Positions 60,228 through 64,000 of a DNA stretch of 64,000 nt are shown here, one piece after another (within the stretch, counting starts at the first letter, position 1; the number at the start of each line of letters is the position of its first letter). This DNA is from Polyangia bacterium (GTDB lineage: Bacteria; Myxococcota_A; Polyangia; Fen-1088). Under the pieces are notes generated by a model. The model saw only the letters and a program-made list of their open reading frames with translations. It was not told the origin of the DNA and did not search any database. Position numbers and translations under genes: made by a program. The stretch spans positions 59,048 to 123,047 of the forward strand of contig DASRQZ010000213.1 of assembly GCA_035696125.1 (NCBI GenBank), read 5' to 3'.

Positions 60228-63200
60228 TGGTTTGGCCAAGCGCGAGACTGGCCCTCGGCGTCTCCGCCGTCGCGATGTTCGGGGTAGTCGGGTGGGACCG
60301 GGCGTCGCCGGCCGCGCTGCCGTCTGCGAACACTCTCGTGCGGCAGCGCGCGACCTTCTTCGACGGCGAGCTGGCCGAAGAGGCCGAGCGTCTGTCGGCC
60401 AGTCGCCGGCGGCCGGCGGCGGTCGCGCCGTTGCTCGCGGTCGCCGCCCTCTACGACGCGGTCCCGCCTGGCGACATCGACCGCATCCTGGCCGAGGTCG
60501 TCGAGGCCAAGGAGACGGATCCGCTGGTGGCTGCGCAGGCAGCCTTTCTGTTGTCGCGCATCGAAGATGATCGCGGACCTGACGGGATCGGGGATCGGCG
60601 CCGCGCTGGTCTGGGCCTGCTCACCAGCTTCTGGGTCGTGGGCCCGTTCGGCGACGGCCGGGCCAGCTTCGGCGAGGCGTTCGGTCCCGAGCGCGATCAC
60701 GGCGCCCCCGATCCGACCCGGCGCTACGCCGGCAAGGAGCGCGAGGTGTCGTGGCGCTCGGGCGCCGAGGTCATGCGGCAAGGTGCGCTGTACCTCGACG
60801 GGCTGCTGCGCCCCGAAGCCCAGACCGCCGGCTATGCCATGACGTTCGTGCGCAGCGAGCGGGCGGCGTCGGCGGCGCTCCGGCTGGGCTCGCCGGGGCC
60901 GGTCAAGGTGTGGGTCAACGGCGCGCTGGCGCACGCGCGCGATCTGATCCGCAGCGCCGCCTTCGACCAGGACGCCATCGGGATCAAGCTGCGTCCAGGG
61001 TGGAACCGGATCCTCATCAAGACGGTGGTGATCGACGGGTCGTGGCGCCTGTTCGCCCGCCTCACCGATCCGTCGGGACGGGTGCTGCCCTTCACCCAGG
61101 CCGATCACCTGCCGCCGGGCGTGGATCCGGGACCGGCCGCGACCGGGGCCAAGGCGCCGCCGGTGACGGTGCGGTCGCTCGAAGAGGCGCTGCTGCGTCG
61201 GGCGCAGGCTGCGGGCGCTGGCCCGTCGGCCGCCGACGCCTGGTTCGATCTGGGCCGATTCCGCGCCTGGAACCAGGCCGGCGATCGAGAGGCGCGTCAG
61301 GACGCCGCCGCGTTCGAGTCCTCGGTGGCCCGGCGGCCGTCGGCGCGCGCACTGCTGCGACTGGCCGAGGCGGCGCGCGATGAGGACGAGCGCCGGCGTA
61401 CGCTGGAGCGGGCGCGCGCGGCCGCCATCGCCGAGAACGACGTCCGACTGCGCGCGCTGGCGACGGCGCGGCTCGGCGACGTGGCGCGTGACCAGCGCCG
61501 CGACCTGGTCGCGCTGTCATACTGGAAGGACGCGCTGGCCGCCGACGCCACCTGCTGGCCGGCGGCGCTGGCCCTGGCCGAGGAGGAGCAGTCGGCAGGC
61601 CTGCCGTACCAGGCGCTGTCGAGCCTGCAGAACCTGCCGCCCGATACGCGCGCGATTCCCCAGGTCAAGCGGCAGCTGGCCCGCTTGCTGGACAGCATCG
61701 ACCGTCACCCCGAGGCCAATCGCCTGATCGCCGAGCTGGCGGCGGTGCGCCAGCGCGACGTCGACCTCACCCAGGATCTGGCGCGTCGCGCGCGCGCTCG
61801 TTATGACGCCGGCGCGGCGATCGATCTGCTGCACGCGGCCGCGCTGGTGCGGCCCGAGCTACCGAGCCTGACCATCGACTGGACGCGCGCGCTCGAGGGC
61901 GCCGGGCGGATCGCCGAGGCGCGCGCCGCGCTGGAGGCGCTGGCGGCGCGGCTGCCGGACGAGGCGTCGGTGCAGGCGCAGCTGGGCAAGCTGCTGCACC
62001 GGCAGGGCGAACGCGAGCCGGCGCTGGCGCACCTGCGCCGCGCGCTGGTCCTGCGCCCGCAGGATCCCGAGCTGCGCCGCTACACCGACCGGGTCGCGAT
62101 CGATCGCGATTCGGCCGACGCCGCGCCCGGCGAGGACCTGGCGCGCCGCTTCGCCGAGGATGTCGCCGCGCTGGTGGCGACGCTGCCGCCGGCGTCGGAG
62201 GCGTCGCTGCGCGCGGCCGCGGCCGACCCGGCGGAGGTCCTGCTGGATCGGCGCGTGGTGCGCGTCCACCACAACGGGTTGGCCCAGACCTTCGTGCAGC
62301 GGGTGGTGCTGGTGAAGACCGACCGCGGCGCCGAGGACAGCAAGCAGATCTACGTGCGCTACACGCCGGGTGTCGAGGAGGTCGAGATCCGACAGGCCCG
62401 CATCCTGCGCCGAGGCCCCGACGGGCAGCTGCAGATCCTGGACGCCGCCGAGCGAGACGACGAGGACCTGTCCGAGCCCTGGTACGGGCTCTACTACGAC
62501 AACCGCGCCGAGGTGGTGCGCTTCGAGGGGCTGCGCGCCGGCGACGTGCTGGAAGTCCAGTACCTGGTCGACGACGTATCGGCCAAGAACCAGATGGCCG
62601 ACTACTTCGGAGATCTGCAGTACATCGCCGAGGAGATCCCCAAGCGGCGCTGGGACTACACCTTGATCGGTCCCGCCGACCGGACGTTCTACACCAACAC
62701 GCCGCGGGTCGCGGCGCTGGACCAGACCGTCACGCTGGAGGGCGGCGAGCAGACGCGGCGCTTCGCGGCGCGCGACATCGCCAAGACCAGCGCCGAGCCG
62801 GCCATGCCGGGCTACACCGAGATCGCGCCCTACCTGCACGTCAGCACCTACGCCAGCTGGCGCGACGTGGGCGCCTGGTACTGGCGCCTGATCGAGGAGC
62901 AGATGGTCCCGGATGACTCCATCCGCAAGGCGGCGCGTGCGGTGCTGGAAAAGGGCATGAGCGACGTCGAGAAGATGCGCGCCATCCACGGTCTGGTGGT
63001 GACCGGCACCCGCTACGTCGGCCTGGAGTTCGGCATCCATGGCTTTCAGCCCTACAAGGTGACGCAGGTGCTGGCGCGCAAGTTCGGCGACTGCAAGGAC
63101 AAGGCGACGCTGCTGATCGCGCTTCTGCGCGAGGCCGGCCTCGACGCCGAGCTGGTCTTGCTGCGCACACGGCGCGGCGGCCGTCTGGAGCCGTCGCCCG

Positions 63201-64000
63201 CGTCCCTGGCCGTCTTCGATCACGCCATCGCTTACGTGCCGAAGCTGGACGTCTACCTCGACGGCACGGCGGAGTTCGCCGGCACCGCCGAGCTGCCCAA
63301 CCAGGACCAGGGCGTGACCGTGCTGCGCGTCGGTCCGCGCGGCGCGACGCTGACCGAGACGCCGGTGCTGCCGTCGTCGCAGAACCGCGCGGTGCGGCGC
63401 TGGTCGGCGACGCTGCAGGCCAGCGGCGAGGCGCGCGTCAGCGAGGCGCTGACCATCACCGGCCAGGCGGCGCCCGAGTGGCGCGAGCACTACCAGACGC
63501 CCGGCGAGCGGCTCGAGCGCTACGCCAAGGTGTGGACCGGACGTTACCCGGGCTCGACGCTGCTGTCGGTGGACATGCCCGGCATCGAGGATCGCAACCA
63601 GCCGGTCACCGTCGACGCGGTCGCCACGGTGCCGCGCATCGGTCAGGTGGTCGCGCGCGGCGCCGACGGCACACCGGCCGAGATCGACCTCGCGGTCACC
63701 GTGCGCGACGCCGACTTTTCGCGCACCTATGCGCGCCTCTCGGAGCGCAAGGAGGACCTGGTCATTGCTTACCCCTGGCAGCACGACGAGGAGCTGGTCT
63801 TCCGGCTGCCACCCGGTTGGCAGGTCGCCAGTCTGCCACCGGCGCGCGCGACGGAGTCTCCATTCGGGCGCTTCGAGCTGTCGACGGCCGTCGAGCGCGC
63901 GGGCGAGGTGCGGGTGCGCTCGCTGCTCGACGTGACCCGACACCGGATCGCGCCCGCGGACTACGCGCGCTTTCGCGCCTTCCTGAGCGAGATCGACGCC
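60228..64000 (+). CDS. Large secreted TPR + transglutaminase-like (DUF3857/DUF3858-type) protein; 3' end beyond window
   Basis: Continuous plus-strand frame from ATG 60228 to the window end (>1250 aa). Signal peptide; TPR-like helices; transglutaminase-core Cys motif FGDCKDKATLLIALLREAG. Absent from the track because no stop lies in the window. The minus-strand track ORFs here are antisense. Confidence 0.75.

Noticed and set aside
60125-63943. Minus-strand ORFs 60125-61108 (327 aa) and 61859-63943 (694 aa)
   Set aside because: Arg-rich antisense of the continuous plus-strand TPR/transglutaminase-like gene that runs off the window.

Overview
High-GC (~70%) bacterial chromosome segment, with gene content reminiscent of a Myxococcota/deltaproteobacterial-like organism (lineage not certain). 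The window is dominated by flagellar genes on the minus strand. Main blocks, in coordinate order: (1) 1-3172, 5' end of an alternative complex III operon (actA pentaheme cytochrome c, actB TAT-exported molybdopterin/FeS subunit running off the left edge). (2) 3338-8705, glycosyltransferase island (GT4, PMT/GT39-like membrane GT, small membrane protein, GT2-TPR) directly downstream of fliC-fliD-fliS-fliT-like; flagellin glycosylation is plausible. (3) 12157-20432, flgF-flgG-flgA-flgH-flgI-flgJ(M23)-flgM-flgN-flgK-flgL. (4) 20646-24627, plus-strand fliJ-like, a second GT2-TPR paralog, a hypothetical gene and a BON-domain protein. (5) 24692-39340, one ~14.6 kb tightly coupled minus-strand operon fliL-fliM-fliN-fliO(long)-fliP-fliQ-fliR-flhB-flhA-flhF-flhG-fliA-RR(HDOD)-TPR/GT9-hyp, with candidate sigma54 promoters upstream of fliL and flgF. 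(6) 39594-46915, HDOD protein, a MITE, YgjP-like hydrolase, small lipoprotein, B12-radical SAM, Wzy/O-antigen-ligase-like protein, polyprenyl-phosphate sugar transferase. (7) 46913-47759, an ~850 bp imperfect palindrome with a GATC-microsatellite core filling the whole gap between two convergent genes. (8) 47792-64000, H+-PPase, exbB-exbD-exbD, CDF transporter, two M16 peptidases, ECF sigma plus Ser/Thr kinase, and a large TPR/transglutaminase-like protein running off the right edge. The most unusual signal is a dispersed repeat family built on (GCCGAC)n/(GTCGGC)n hexamer arrays, found at about 10 loci. Intergenic copies are hairpin-forming and always sit immediately 3' of a stop codon; one is a complete MITE with TIR and TSD. 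In-frame copies inside flagellar CDSs encode (PT)n, (AD)n and (GV)n linkers. No rRNA, tRNA or CRISPR was recognised. Many long ORFs in the supplied track are Arg/Gly-rich antisense artefacts of the real genes. Several true genes run off the window edges and are therefore absent from the track.
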